A stretch of DNA of 63,782 nt, filler included, from Pseudomonadota bacterium (GTDB taxonomy: Bacteria > Desulfobacterota > Desulfobacteria > Desulfobacterales > JBDRRP01): the NCBI GenBank assembly GCA_043825735.1. It is 6 parts of 5 records of this genome, joined end to end, with 100 filler letters (N's around TTAATTAATTAA, not from the genome) between each part and the next. Parts side by side here need not be neighbours in the genome. Positions count along the whole stretch, not along the records: positions 47,979 to 57,601 come from JBDRRP010000076.1; positions 57,702 to 60,859 come from JBDRRP010000095.1; positions 60,960 to 63,782 come from JBDRRP010000097.1; 3 more parts are not named here. The stretch is one strand, 5' to 3'. Both the position numbers and the translations under genes were made by a program. The notes under the pieces were generated by a model, which saw nothing but the letters and a program-made list of their open reading frames with translations, was not told the DNA's origin and ran no database searches. Every line of letters starts with the position of its first letter. Position 1 is the stretch's first letter. Below are positions 50,599 through 60,961 of this stretch, in pieces.

Positions 50599-51861
50599 AT
50601 GTTTAACAATATAGCGGATTTATTGAAGCAAATCGCCATCGGCGAAGACTCTGTTCTTGAGTTGAAAACCATTGAGTTTAAAGGCGATCAGGTCGCAGGT
50701 CCGCATCGCAACAGCATGGCCGATGAGCTGGCGGCTATGGCGAACACGGCTACAGGCGTTATTTTGCTCGGCGTGGATGATAAATCAAAATCCATTATCG
50801 GCATTCCCATGGATAAGTTGGATGTTGTTGAAACCTGGCTGAGCGGAATTTGCAATGACCTGATTGAACCCCCCTTAGACTGCGTTATTCGCAAGACCCC
50901 GGTTATGGCCGACGACAATAGCGAAAAAGTCATTATTCGTGTTGATGTGCCCAGAAGTCTGTTCGTGCATCAAAGCCCGGGCGGATATTTTCGTCGGATC
51001 GGCAGTTCAAAGCGTCAGATGAAACCGGATGTGCTGGCCCGACTGTTTCAGCAGCGTAGTCAAACCCGCTTGATACGCTTTGATGAACAGCCGATCGCCA
51101 ATGCCGATCCTGATGTGCTCGTCCCCAGCTTATGGAAGCGATTCAGAACCGTTATATCGCCGGTTAATGATCAGGAATTTCTGCAGAAAATCCAGCTCGT
51201 TGCAGTGGATGAAGACGGTGTTTTGCGACCGACCGTCAGCGGTGTGCTGATGGCTGCGGAACACCCGCAAGAATTCATCAGGACCGCTTATATTCAGGCG
51301 GTTTGCTATCGTGGCGCTGAACGAAACGCATCCTATCAACTCGATGCAAAGGATATCACGGGGCCGTTGGATATGCAGGTGCGGGAAGCGTGCAAATTCG
51401 TCGAGCGCAATATGCGCGTTTATGCCGTCAAGGCACCAAATCGTATTGAAACGCCGCAGTTTTCGATGAATGCGGTGTTCGAAGCCGTTGTCAATGCGGT
51501 TGTGCATCGCGATTACTCCGTCTATGGATCGAGAATCCGCCTGCATCTTTTTGCCGACAGGCTTGAAATCTTTTCACCGGGAACGATCCCCAATTCCATG
51601 ACCATTGACAGCCTTTCGGAACGGCAATCGGCGCGCAACGAGTTGTTGAGTACCCTGCTGGCGCGTTGCCCGATGAATGTCAATGCCATCGGCAGCAAGC
51701 GCAGTTATATCATGGATAAGCGAGGCGAGGGTGTGCCGATCATCATCACCGAAAGCGAAAAACTGTCAGGGCGTAAGCCGGAATATCAGTTGATAGATGA
51801 TGCAGAGCTGAAATTAACCATTTTTGCTGCAAAGCCCCCCAATGAAAAGGAATCAGATTGA
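50599..51861 (+). CDS. AlbA_2/Schlafen-like domain plus HATPase_c_4 (RecG C-terminal-like) protein
   Basis: GEDSVLELK, AAMANTATGVILLGVDD, EAVVNAVVHRDY, RLEIFSPG. Confidence 0.85.
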   Translation: MFNNIADLLKQIAIGEDSVLELKTIEFKGDQVAGPHRNSMADELAAMANTATGVILLGVDDKSKSIIGIPMDKLDVVETWLSGICNDLIEPPLDCVIRKTPVMADDNSEKVIIRVDVPRSLFVHQSPGGYFRRIGSSKRQMKPDVLARLFQQRSQTRLIRFDEQPIANADPDVLVPSLWKRFRTVISPVNDQEFLQKIQLVAVDEDGVLRPTVSGVLMAAEHPQEFIRTAYIQAVCYRGAERNASYQLDAKDITGPLDMQVREACKFVERNMRVYAVKAPNRIETPQFSMNAVFEAVVNAVVHRDYSVYGSRIRLHLFADRLEIFSPGTIPNSMTIDSLSERQSARNELLSTLLARCPMNVNAIGSKRSYIMDKRGEGVPIIITESEKLSGRKPEYQLIDDAELKLTIFAAKPPNEKESD

Positions 51862-54653
51862 TCGCGGTTGGCTCATGGTATTACAGCCCGGACCATGGGC
51901 AACTCTGTCAGGTCATCGAGTCCCAGACGCTTTGGGGCGAGACGACTTGCCGGGTGTGGCTGCCAGGCCGCGATTCGGTGACCCGCGTGCCTGCATCCAG
52001 ACTCGCTCCATTGGGAGATTCCGGAACCGGTACCGATGACGGTATCGCCTATGTCGCTGCCGCCGCACGGGTAGCCGATGTCCTGACCCAGGATATGCTT
52101 CTCGCACCCATTGAATCATCTGTCATTCCGCTGCCACACCAAATCCGGGCCCTGTCCCGCGCTATTGCAGGCAACCGTGTGCGTTACCTGCTTGCCGATG
52201 AAGTCGGTTTGGGCAAGACCATCGAGGCCGGGTTGATCCTGCGTGAGCTCAAGCTGCGCGGGTTGGTCAAGCGAGCCCTGGTCGTCGCTCCGAAAGGTCT
52301 TGTGACCCAATGGGTAGCCGAGATGCGTACCCACTTTAACGAGGACTTTCGGCTGCTCATTCCCAGCGATTTTTCGGCCTATCGACGTATCGCCAAAGAG
52401 GACAACATCTGGCAGAGCCATCCGCAGGTGGTCTGCCCCATGGATTCTGTCAAGCCGCTGGAAAGTCGTCGTGGATGGTCGGACAAGCAGATGGCCGAAT
52501 ACAACCAGGAGCGGTTTGAAGATCTAATCTCCGCCGGTTGGGATCTGATCGTTGTGGACGAAGCCCACCGGCTTGGCGGCAGTACCGACCAGGTTGCCCG
52601 GTTCAAATTGGGCCAGGGGTTGTCCGAGGCTGCGCCATACCTGCTCTTGCTCTCGGCCACCCCGCACCAGGGAAAAACCGACGCCTTTCACCGCTTGGTC
52701 TCCCTGATCGATACCCAGGCGTTTCCAGACGTTGGCAGCGTCACGCGGGACCGGGTCCAACCCTATGTGATCCGGACCGAAAAACGCCATGCCATCACCG
52801 CCGAAGGCAAACCGCTCTTCAAACCGCGTAAGACCGAGCTTGCGCCTGTCTCCTGGGGAGAGACGCATCAGGATCAGCGGCAGCTCTACGATGCGGTCAC
52901 AGAGTATGTCCGGGAAGGTTACAACCAGGCCATGCGTGAGAAACGCAGCTACATCGGATTCCTCATGATCTTGATGCAGCGCCTTGTGGTTTCCAGCACG
53001 AGCGCTATCCGTACGACGCTGGAACGCAGGCTGGAGGCGATCGAAGCACCGCAGGAGCAGTTGAGTCTATTCCCAGCTTTCTCGAATGAGGAATGGACCG
53101 ACCTTGATGGCCAGGAGCAAGTCGAAACGCTTCTGACCACACGTTTGAAGGCGCTCAAAAATGAACGCGCCGAGGTGAAGTTGCTCCTTGAGGCCGCCAC
53201 CCGCTGCATACAAGCCGGGTCCGATGCCAAGGCAGAGGCCCTGCTCGACTGGCTCTACCGACTGCAGGCCGATGAAAACGACCCTGAGCTGAAAGTTCTG
53301 GTATTCACCGAATTTGTATCGACTCAGCAGATGTTGCAGCAATTCCTTTCTGAGCGAGGCTTTCCGGTTGCTTGCCTCAACGGCTCGATGGACATGGATG
53401 AGCGAAAAAAGGCCCAAGATAGCTTTGCCGGGGAGGCGCGCATTCTCATTTCCACCGATGCAGGCGGCGAGGGCCTGAATCTTCAGTTTTGCCACGTGGT
53501 GATCAACTATGACATCCCCTGGAATCCCATGCGGCTCGAACAACGCATCGGCCGTGTGGACCGTATCGGCCAAAACCATGTGGTGCGCGCCATTAATTTC
53601 GTTTTTGAAGCTTCGGTCGAGCACCGTGTTCGGGAAGTGTTGGAGGAGAAGCTTGCAGTTATTTTCAAGGAGTTCGGTATCGACAAAACTGGTGACGTAC
53701 TCGACTCGGCCCAGGCTGGACAGATCTTTGATGACTTACATGTGGAGGCCATCCTCAATCCAGATGAGATCGACACATCTGTGGACAAGGTCATTGCTTG
53801 TTTGCATGAGCAAGCCCGGGATGCAAAGGCAAGTTCATCTGTTCTTGGAGCCACAGAGGACCTGGAACCAACCGAAGCGCAGCGACTTATGACCCACCCC
53901 TTACCATACTGGGTTGAACGGATGACGGTGAGCTATTTGAATGCTCACGGCGGCAAGGCTGAGCGGAAACGACGAACCTGGGATTTGACGTGGCCGGACG
54001 GGGAAATAATTGCCAACGTCGTCTTTAGCGGCAAGGAGGCATACCAATCCCCCACAGCCCGCCACTTGACATTGGAGGATTCCAGGGTTTGGGGGCTGGT
54101 CATGAGATTGCCTCGATTTGTTCCAGGGCAGCCGATCTCCGTTGTCACAATCCCAGGGATCAGCAACGAAGTTACGGGCCTATGGTCTCTCTGGCGGATC
54201 GGCATCACAACGATGGAATGGGATCGTCACCGGATCATGCCTCTGTTCATAGCTGATGGCGGGAAGTTGTTTGCACCAACCGCCAGGCATCTATGGGACA
54301 AGCTTCTGGGTGTGGCGCCTAATGTCCGGACGCATCTTGACATGGAAGAATCCAAGGAAGCCTTTGATAGGCTGGCGGGGATTGCAGAAGAGAAAGGACG
54401 AACCATGTATGATGAGCTTGTTCAAGAACACCGGTCGCGTCTGACCCGAGAAAGAGAAAAAGGGGAATATGCCTTCGCTGCCAGGCGTAGTGTCATCGAA
54501 CGAGTCGGCCTTCCCCAGGTCCGCGACCATCGATTGAACCTCCTGCGGCAGGAAGAGCTATCGTGGAACGAGGATCTTAAGCGGAAAGCCCAAGTATATC
54601 CGGAAATGGTGCCTCTTATCATCATCTATGTGGAGGGAGGTGCGCATGAGTAG
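51858..54653 (+). CDS. brxHII: SNF2-family helicase BrxHII
   Basis: LADEVGLGKT, DEAH, LSATPHQG, STDAGGEGLNLQ, QRIGRVDR; position in operon. Confidence 0.85.
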   Translation: MIAVGSWYYSPDHGQLCQVIESQTLWGETTCRVWLPGRDSVTRVPASRLAPLGDSGTGTDDGIAYVAAAARVADVLTQDMLLAPIESSVIPLPHQIRALSRAIAGNRVRYLLADEVGLGKTIEAGLILRELKLRGLVKRALVVAPKGLVTQWVAEMRTHFNEDFRLLIPSDFSAYRRIAKEDNIWQSHPQVVCPMDSVKPLESRRGWSDKQMAEYNQERFEDLISAGWDLIVVDEAHRLGGSTDQVARFKLGQGLSEAAPYLLLLSATPHQGKTDAFHRLVSLIDTQAFPDVGSVTRDRVQPYVIRTEKRHAITAEGKPLFKPRKTELAPVSWGETHQDQRQLYDAVTEYVREGYNQAMREKRSYIGFLMILMQRLVVSSTSAIRTTLERRLEAIEAPQEQLSLFPAFSNEEWTDLDGQEQVETLLTTRLKALKNERAEVKLLLEAATRCIQAGSDAKAEALLDWLYRLQADENDPELKVLVFTEFVSTQQMLQQFLSERGFPVACLNGSMDMDERKKAQDSFAGEARILISTDAGGEGLNLQFCHVVINYDIPWNPMRLEQRIGRVDRIGQNHVVRAINFVFEASVEHRVREVLEEKLAVIFKEFGIDKTGDVLDSAQAGQIFDDLHVEAILNPDEIDTSVDKVIACLHEQARDAKASSSVLGATEDLEPTEAQRLMTHPLPYWVERMTVSYLNAHGGKAERKRRTWDLTWPDGEIIANVVFSGKEAYQSPTARHLTLEDSRVWGLVMRLPRFVPGQPISVVTIPGISNEVTGLWSLWRIGITTMEWDRHRIMPLFIADGGKLFAPTARHLWDKLLGVAPNVRTHLDMEESKEAFDRLAGIAEEKGRTMYDELVQEHRSRLTREREKGEYAFAARRSVIERVGLPQVRDHRLNLLRQEELSWNEDLKRKAQVYPEMVPLIIIYVEGGAHE

Positions 54654-56652
54654 CTGGCGCGACCAGATTCTCAAGGAGTTCACACCAAAGGTGGCTCGTT
54701 TGACCCTGGTTGCAGATCCTGATGGGCTTCTCCTGGAGGAAGGGATTCTTGAAGGCATACGCGAGCGGGGATTTGAACTAATCCCATTCGAGGATCATGT
54801 TGCCTTCCGCTATGCCTATGAAACCAAGTTCCGTTCCCGCTGGGACAAGGGAGAGCAGACGGATCTGGTCGTCGCACTTCGCTCCGGAGCCAGCGATCTT
54901 GGTTCCTTGCCGTACGATCTGTTCCAAGCTGGTCGCCGGTTATCTTTCAACCTTGGAGAGATATTCCCAAACTTGAGCTATCCGGTGATAGCCGCCTTGG
55001 ACCGCGGAGATCTTGAGGCGCTTTTTGATGCTCAAAAAAGATATGCACCCAGTGTCTTGGGCGACAATGCGACCAAAGAGTTCATTCTTCGGCACGTATT
55101 CGAGATCGCGCCCGAACTGATCAGAAAGCCGTCTGATCTGCTTCGCGTGCTACTGCGCCGCCATTACCGTGAACAGCGCATCCCGACGATTCTGGATGAA
55201 CGTTTCATCCAGGTCCTTCGCCAGAACGACGACTTTGAAGGCTGGCCCCTCGATTCCATTATCCCGGACCGAGAAGCGTTTTTCGCCTTCCTCCAGGAAC
55301 GCTGGCCCATTTTTCTCGACCGGTCGGCCAAAAAAGATGGTTTAAAGATCAGCGATAACAAGGGAGCCTATGGGTTTGAATTTTCGGGCCCCTCGGACTT
55401 ACCTTTCGACCACGATGATATCCGTGTCTACATCGACAATCTGTTCCTTGAAGGGCTACTTCAAGCCGTTTCCCATGAGCGAGCCGGTGCTCTGTCCAAA
55501 ACCTGGCTCGCCATTGGCATCCGTACCGATGAGCAGGCAGACCGGACGCGTCGTGTGGACGGCCTGCTCGACACCATAGCATCCGCAATCCCGACAGAGG
55601 ATACGCGGCACGACGACTGGTTCCATTTCGCCAAAACATGGGCTGAGCTTATGGCGCTTGCTTTGGAACCAGATGCGGGGTTGCCCGAACCGGCTCATCA
55701 GAGGATCCAATCCCTACAAACCAAAATTGACGCCGCGTTTGCGGGTTGGCTGATAAAGCGTTACGCGGGGTTGATCAATCTGCCGCCTGTACCGCCGGTC
55801 ATGCTCCACCATATCCCTCGTTTTCTCGCCCGATACATCGGTAATGCCAAGGGAAACAGGGTCGCATTCATTTTGGTGGATGGGCTTTCGCTCGATCAGT
55901 GGATCGTCATCCGCAAGGCGCTTACTAAACAACACCAAAGATACCGATTCCGCGAAAACGCGGTCTTCGCCTGGATACCGACAATCACATCCGTCTCACG
56001 CCAAGCTGCCTTTGCCGGCAGACCGCCTATTTACTATCCTAACAGCATCCATACTACAAATAAGGAATCCGCCCTATGGACGCAATTCTGGGCAGACCAG
56101 GGCCTGACACAACATGAAGTCATATATGCTAAGGGATTAGGCGACGGCTCCCTTAACAACGTGGAAGAGCTGATTACAAACCCAAAGATACGGGTTGCCG
56201 GTCTGATTATAGACAAGGTGGATAAGATCATGCACGGCATGGAACTCGGTGCCGCGGGAATGCATAATCAGATTCGACAATGGGCTTTACAGCCTTTCAT
56301 GACGAATCTCATCGAACTGCTTTTAAACAATGGGTACCGGATTTACCTGACCTCGGACCACGGAAATGTGGAGGCTGTCGGATGCGGGCGTCCTGCTGAA
56401 GGAGCGGTTGCGGATTTGCGCGGTGAGCGCGTCCGGATTTATTCCGATTCCATCCTTCGTGCTCAAATCAAGGATCGCTTTCCGGATGCTCTGGAATGGC
56501 CCCCGGTCGGCCTTCCGGAAAACTATCTGCCCTTGCTTGCTCCAGGCCGCTCCGCATTTGTTCGTGAAACAGAACGCCTTGTCGGACACGGCGGTATTTC
56601 CCTGGAAGAGGTCGTCGTCCCTCTCGTTCAAATCGAAAGGGGGGGCGTATGA
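54646..56652 (+). CDS. pglZ: BREX-3 PglZ
   Basis: LVADPDGLL, LVDGLSLDQW, PTITSVSRQA, LTSDHGN, HGGISLEE. Confidence 0.92.
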   Translation: MSSWRDQILKEFTPKVARLTLVADPDGLLLEEGILEGIRERGFELIPFEDHVAFRYAYETKFRSRWDKGEQTDLVVALRSGASDLGSLPYDLFQAGRRLSFNLGEIFPNLSYPVIAALDRGDLEALFDAQKRYAPSVLGDNATKEFILRHVFEIAPELIRKPSDLLRVLLRRHYREQRIPTILDERFIQVLRQNDDFEGWPLDSIIPDREAFFAFLQERWPIFLDRSAKKDGLKISDNKGAYGFEFSGPSDLPFDHDDIRVYIDNLFLEGLLQAVSHERAGALSKTWLAIGIRTDEQADRTRRVDGLLDTIASAIPTEDTRHDDWFHFAKTWAELMALALEPDAGLPEPAHQRIQSLQTKIDAAFAGWLIKRYAGLINLPPVPPVMLHHIPRFLARYIGNAKGNRVAFILVDGLSLDQWIVIRKALTKQHQRYRFRENAVFAWIPTITSVSRQAAFAGRPPIYYPNSIHTTNKESALWTQFWADQGLTQHEVIYAKGLGDGSLNNVEELITNPKIRVAGLIIDKVDKIMHGMELGAAGMHNQIRQWALQPFMTNLIELLLNNGYRIYLTSDHGNVEAVGCGRPAEGAVADLRGERVRIYSDSILRAQIKDRFPDALEWPPVGLPENYLPLLAPGRSAFVRETERLVGHGGISLEEVVVPLVQIERGGV

Positions 56653-57431
56653 ACGGACGGGCAAGCCAAATCGGTTTCAGCCAACGTATCCGCCTTGAAT
56701 GGCTTGAACAGACAGCCAACCTTGTATTGGCTGGAAACGATAAAGCCGCAGTCAACGATGCTCTCCAGGAACTGCTGAAGGATAAGGTCTCCATCGGCGG
56801 TCAAGCCATCCGGGGCAATCGAGAGAAGGCCATCACTATCCTGATGAAGACATGGCTCACCGTACCCCGCGGCCTGGAAGCGCTCCGCGACGGAGGCTTG
56901 CAGATACTCCAGGAACTACCTCGTAAAGACCGTATTGCCGTTCACTGGGGCATGGCATTGGCCGCTTATCCATTCTGGGGTGCGGTCGCCGCACACACCG
57001 GTCGTCTGCTGCGACTTCAGGGAACGGCTGCGGCAGCCCATGTTCAGCGTAGGGTTAAAGAACAATACGGAGAGCGCGAAACCGCCTCTCGGGCAGCCCG
57101 GCGTGTCTTAAGGTCATTCATCGACTGGAACGTTCTGAATGAGACGGAGGATAAGGGCGTATACGCTCAAGGTAATCGCTATTCGATTCAGGACTCCAGA
57201 CTCATCGCCTGGATGGTGGAGGCGTCTTTGCACGCCCGCGCAAACAGTTCCGCTGCCATTAAAGACTTACTCGATGGCCCAAGTATATTTCCCTTTCGCC
57301 TGGCGCACGTCTCTGCAGAGCACTTGGCATCTTTATCGCCTCGTCTGGACTTACTACGACATGGTTTGGATGAGGATCTGATGATGCTGCGTGAAGTAGG
57401 TCAGGCATCAAGGAAGGGAGGTGTCAAATGA
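56649..57431 (+). CDS. brxA: BREX-3 BrxA-like protein
   Basis: IGFSQRIRLEWL, HWGMALAAYPF, LRSFIDW; last position in the operon. Confidence 0.65.
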   Translation: MNGRASQIGFSQRIRLEWLEQTANLVLAGNDKAAVNDALQELLKDKVSIGGQAIRGNREKAITILMKTWLTVPRGLEALRDGGLQILQELPRKDRIAVHWGMALAAYPFWGAVAAHTGRLLRLQGTAAAAHVQRRVKEQYGERETASRAARRVLRSFIDWNVLNETEDKGVYAQGNRYSIQDSRLIAWMVEASLHARANSSAAIKDLLDGPSIFPFRLAHVSAEHLASLSPRLDLLRHGLDEDLMMLREVGQASRKGGVK

Positions 57432-57702
57432 ACACCGCCGATCTCAGTACTTGATTCAAGGAATGTCCGAACTGGAGAAGATGGATTATTGAGTTTAATG
57501 CTTCCCATCACAATTTGTTAGGTGATTGATATGAAGAAATTTTTTGATAAAATGACACCAATTAAGGGTTTGGGGGACGTTGGTGAAAGATTGACAAAAT
57601 TNNNNNNNNNNNNNNNNNNNNNNNNNNNNNNNNNNNNNNNNNNNNTTAATTAATTAANNNNNNNNNNNNNNNNNNNNNNNNNNNNNNNNNNNNNNNNNNN
57701 NA

Positions 57703-57933
57703 GCCAAAGTTGGCGATAAGCCCCTTGCGGAATTCGTCAAGGCATGGGCGGTGAGTGACGAGGGCAAAGCCTTTGTCGATGCTCCGGGAAATACGGGCGG
57801 TGGCGCCCACGGCGGTGGTGGAAGCGGCGGAACAGGCAAACAAAAAACGATGACGCGATCAGCATTTGAAGCACTGGCCCCAATAGCGAGGATAGAGTTT
57901 TCTAAGGAGGGCGGAACACTTACCCACGAATAA
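57703..57933 (+). CDS. Phage scaffold protein C-terminus, 5'-partial
   Basis: Gly-rich linker then KTMTRSAFEAL...GG tail, directly before the capsid gene. Confidence 0.7.
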   Translation, partial: AKVGDKPLAEFVKAWAVSDEGKAFVDAPGNTGGGAHGGGGSGGTGKQKTMTRSAFEALAPIARIEFSKEGGTLTHE

Positions 57934-57952
57934 CAGTTTCAAAAGATAATCG

Positions 57953-58035
57953 GCTATAATCTAAAGGGTTATGGCACAATTGGCAAGGCCAAGCCTAAAG
58001 GGCAACTAAACCTTTTAAGTTTGGCCTTTTTTTAT
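57953..58035 (+). promoter_or_regulatory. Twin CTAAAGGG hairpins overlapping an intrinsic terminator
   Basis: Hairpin 57953-57975; long stem 57985-58028 followed by a T run. Confidence 0.6.
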
Positions 58036-58074
58036 TTTAACGCAACCCATTAATTAATTTAAGGAGAAAACACC

Positions 58075-59253
58075 ATGGCATCTTCAGCAAATGTATTAAC
58101 AAATTTGATCCCAACTCTGTATGTTGCATTGGATACAGTATCCAGGGAAATGGTCGGGATGATCCCGGCTGTGCGCAGGGATGCGTCTTTTGCAAGGGCT
58201 GCGATCGGGCAGACTGTCCGTTCGTTCGTTGCTCCGGCAGCCACAGCGTTTACGATCGTTCCCGATCAGATCAGGACAGACAGTGGGAACCAAACCATCG
58301 GCAATGTGTCACTGGCCATCGAGAATACACGGGCTTGCCCGGTCAGATGGCAGGGTGAGGAGTCTATGCAGATGGATTCCGCTGGTGGACCTACCGTAAA
58401 CGCGATCATGGTTGATCAGTTCGCCCAGGCGATGCGGACCCTCGTTAACGAGATTGAGGCTGACCTTTGTGGGCTGTATGTCAACGCATCAAGGGCGATT
58501 GTCCCGGATTCAACGACTTTATTTTCGGCTACCCTGAAGGACGCGGCCAATGTTCGTAAAATCCTCATGGACAATGGCGCCCCTCTGACCGAGCTTCAAA
58601 TGGTTCTGAGTACTACGGAAGGCGCGGCTCTCCGGTCCCTGACACAACTAAACCAGGTAAACACCGCCGGGGATGCGAATTTGCTCCGGCAGGGCGTCCT
58701 TGGGAACATTATGGGTTTTGATATCCGTGAGTCGGCGGGAATAATCACCCCGGCAGTTGGCACCGAGGCAAACGCCACCATGCACGCCACAACCGATTAT
58801 GCTGTAGGCACTGAAACGATGGCATTGGATGCCGTTGGTACTGGAACCGTTGTCGCTGGTGATCTTGTAACTATCGCCGGAACTGGTCAAACCACAGTAC
58901 AATATATCAACAAAACCTTGATCCCAGCAGTAAGCGGGGCTGCGTTTGTAATCAATAAGCCCGGCCTGATTGTGGCATTGACCGATAATGCGGCAGCCAT
59001 TGCGGTCCGTGCAGCAGGTACTCGTAACCTCGCCTTTGCGCGGTCTGCAATCGTTTTGGCGACTCGTCTCCCGGCGCTCCCGATGGGCGGTGATTCGGCG
59101 GTTGATCGTACAATTATCACCGATCCTCGTTCGGGGCTGTCTTTTGATGTGGCTCACTACCTTGAGTACCATCAGTCAGCTTTTGAGATCTCGATTGCCT
59201 GGGGTCAGAAGGTAGTCAAAGAAGAGCATGTAGCGATCCTGGCAGGTGCCTAA
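58075..59253 (+). CDS. Phage major capsid protein (P22 coat-like family)
   Basis: ANVLTNLIPTLYVALDTVSREMVGMIP, QAMRTLVNEIEADL, NLAFARSAIVLATR, TDPRSGLSF. Confidence 0.9.
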   Translation: MASSANVLTNLIPTLYVALDTVSREMVGMIPAVRRDASFARAAIGQTVRSFVAPAATAFTIVPDQIRTDSGNQTIGNVSLAIENTRACPVRWQGEESMQMDSAGGPTVNAIMVDQFAQAMRTLVNEIEADLCGLYVNASRAIVPDSTTLFSATLKDAANVRKILMDNGAPLTELQMVLSTTEGAALRSLTQLNQVNTAGDANLLRQGVLGNIMGFDIRESAGIITPAVGTEANATMHATTDYAVGTETMALDAVGTGTVVAGDLVTIAGTGQTTVQYINKTLIPAVSGAAFVINKPGLIVALTDNAAAIAVRAAGTRNLAFARSAIVLATRLPALPMGGDSAVDRTIITDPRSGLSFDVAHYLEYHQSAFEISIAWGQKVVKEEHVAILAGA

Positions 59254-59311
59254 ACATAGTTCTCATGGCGGGGTGCAGTAACGGCCCCGCTATAACCTAA
59301 GGAGGCCTGTA

Positions 59312-59488
59312 ATGGAGCATGAACTTGTAAGGCTCATTTGCAATAATAGCATCGGGTACTATACCCAATTCAAAGACGCCATGAAACCGGGGGACGTTAT
59401 TTTCGGCGAAGCCTCGGTCCTTCCTGAACAAAAACCAAAAGAGAATAAATCCATCAAATATACGAAAAAACGGAAGGTGAAAAAATGA
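59312..59488 (+). CDS. Small phage protein (58 aa, Lys-rich tail), absent from the ORF track
   Basis: AAGGAGG RBS; ATGA overlap with the next gene. Confidence 0.7.
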   Translation: MEHELVRLICNNSIGYYTQFKDAMKPGDVIFGEASVLPEQKPKENKSIKYTKKRKVKK

Positions 59489-60859
59489 GCACATTAACGA
59501 ACGGAAAAGAAACCTTAGCTCTCCCTGCCGGGCAAGTCCTTACGATAACCTCACCCTCCGGGTCATCTGGACTGGCGGTACTCCTCCACCGCTCACCCGG
59601 TGGGGGGAGCGCTCAAAGCGTGACCGCCATAGCTGGGGCGGATCTTACTTTTGGGGCGTATGCTGCACTTGAACGCTTTGAAATAATATGCACTACGGGA
59701 ACCCTCACTCTCACAATGGCCGTGCCTGACCCGTCATTAATGCAGCTGGATACAGAGGCAACGACGGCCCTTGCCCTGAAGGTAAACCATTCTTTAGCGG
59801 TAGCAGAGAGCGACTTTCTTGTCGGTGCTCCTACTCCCTTTGGGTCATGGGTTAAAAAGACCCTGGCCCAAACAAAGACGATTCTCGGTTTAGCTGGGAT
59901 CGTTCCGGCAGGGGCGGCAGAAAACGATTTTATCTGTGCTGGGGCAGATCCTTTCGCATGGGCGAAGAAAACCTTGGCAGAGGTCAAGACGATCCTCGGT
60001 CTCGGAACGGCAGCCTATACCGCAGCTACGGCCTACGTCATACATGCTCTTGCAACCGCAGCCGATGATTTTATCGTGGCGAGCGGATCAGGTGCATATG
60101 TCAAAAAGACGTTGGCCGAAGTCAAAACCATTTTAGGCCTCGGCACAGCGGCCTATACGGCCACAGGGGCTTATGATGCGGCAGGAGCGGCGACAGCGAT
60201 TATAGCATCTTCGATATCTGATTCTGATCTAACCCATTGCCCGGACGGCAACAGTGTTTTTGATGCCCTGGCTCTCAAAGTGGACAAGGCATCGGCAGCT
60301 CCGGTCATTTTGGCGCTTACCGAAAAAACTCCCGTGAATGCAGTTGCGGCCTCGGCCATTCTGACCCTGACCGGAAATGCTACCCACCGAGATACTTGCA
60401 CCCTCGGTTCGGACGTTTACACTTTTCAGACGGCGATCGGGGTGGGCACGAAAGCAACCCAAGATCTAACCTTCAGCGGGAATGCAGTCGATAACGAAAC
60501 CGTAACTATCGGGACCGGGGGAAATGAGAGGGTTTACACCTTTGCCAATGCGATTGCGGCGGGCGGGGTTGCTGCTCATGGGCATTTAACGCTTACCGGA
60601 AATGCGGTTGAAAATGAAGTAGTGGTTTTAGGTGCTGGGGCAGCGGCAAAAACATACCGTTGGCGGGACCAGATTGCGGCCATTGCAGCCTTCAAAACGC
60701 TTACTTTCACAGCGGTTGCCGCGAACACCGAAACGGTGACGGTCGATACAACTCCATATACCTTTGTCACAGCACTTACAGAGGCAAAGGCGACCTCAAT
60801 TTTGACACTTTCGGCAAATGCTACGGACGGAAATTCGGTAACAATCGGTTCTACAAAAT
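59485..60859 (+). CDS. Repeat-rich phage structural protein (fibre/decoration-like), 3'-partial
   Basis: Three KKTLA(Q/E)xKTILGL repeats and five LT(L/F)xxNAxxxETVTI..YTF repeats. Confidence 0.7.
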
Positions 60860-60961
60860 NNNNNNNNNNNNNNNNNNNNNNNNNNNNNNNNNNNNNNNNN
60901 NNNTTAATTAATTAANNNNNNNNNNNNNNNNNNNNNNNNNNNNNNNNNNNNNNNNNNNNTA

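Noticed and set aside
58018..58028. 11-nt match AGTTTGGCCTT between the cryptic spacer (7792) and the phage terminator
   Set aside because: Too short, and it does not extend; compatible with chance
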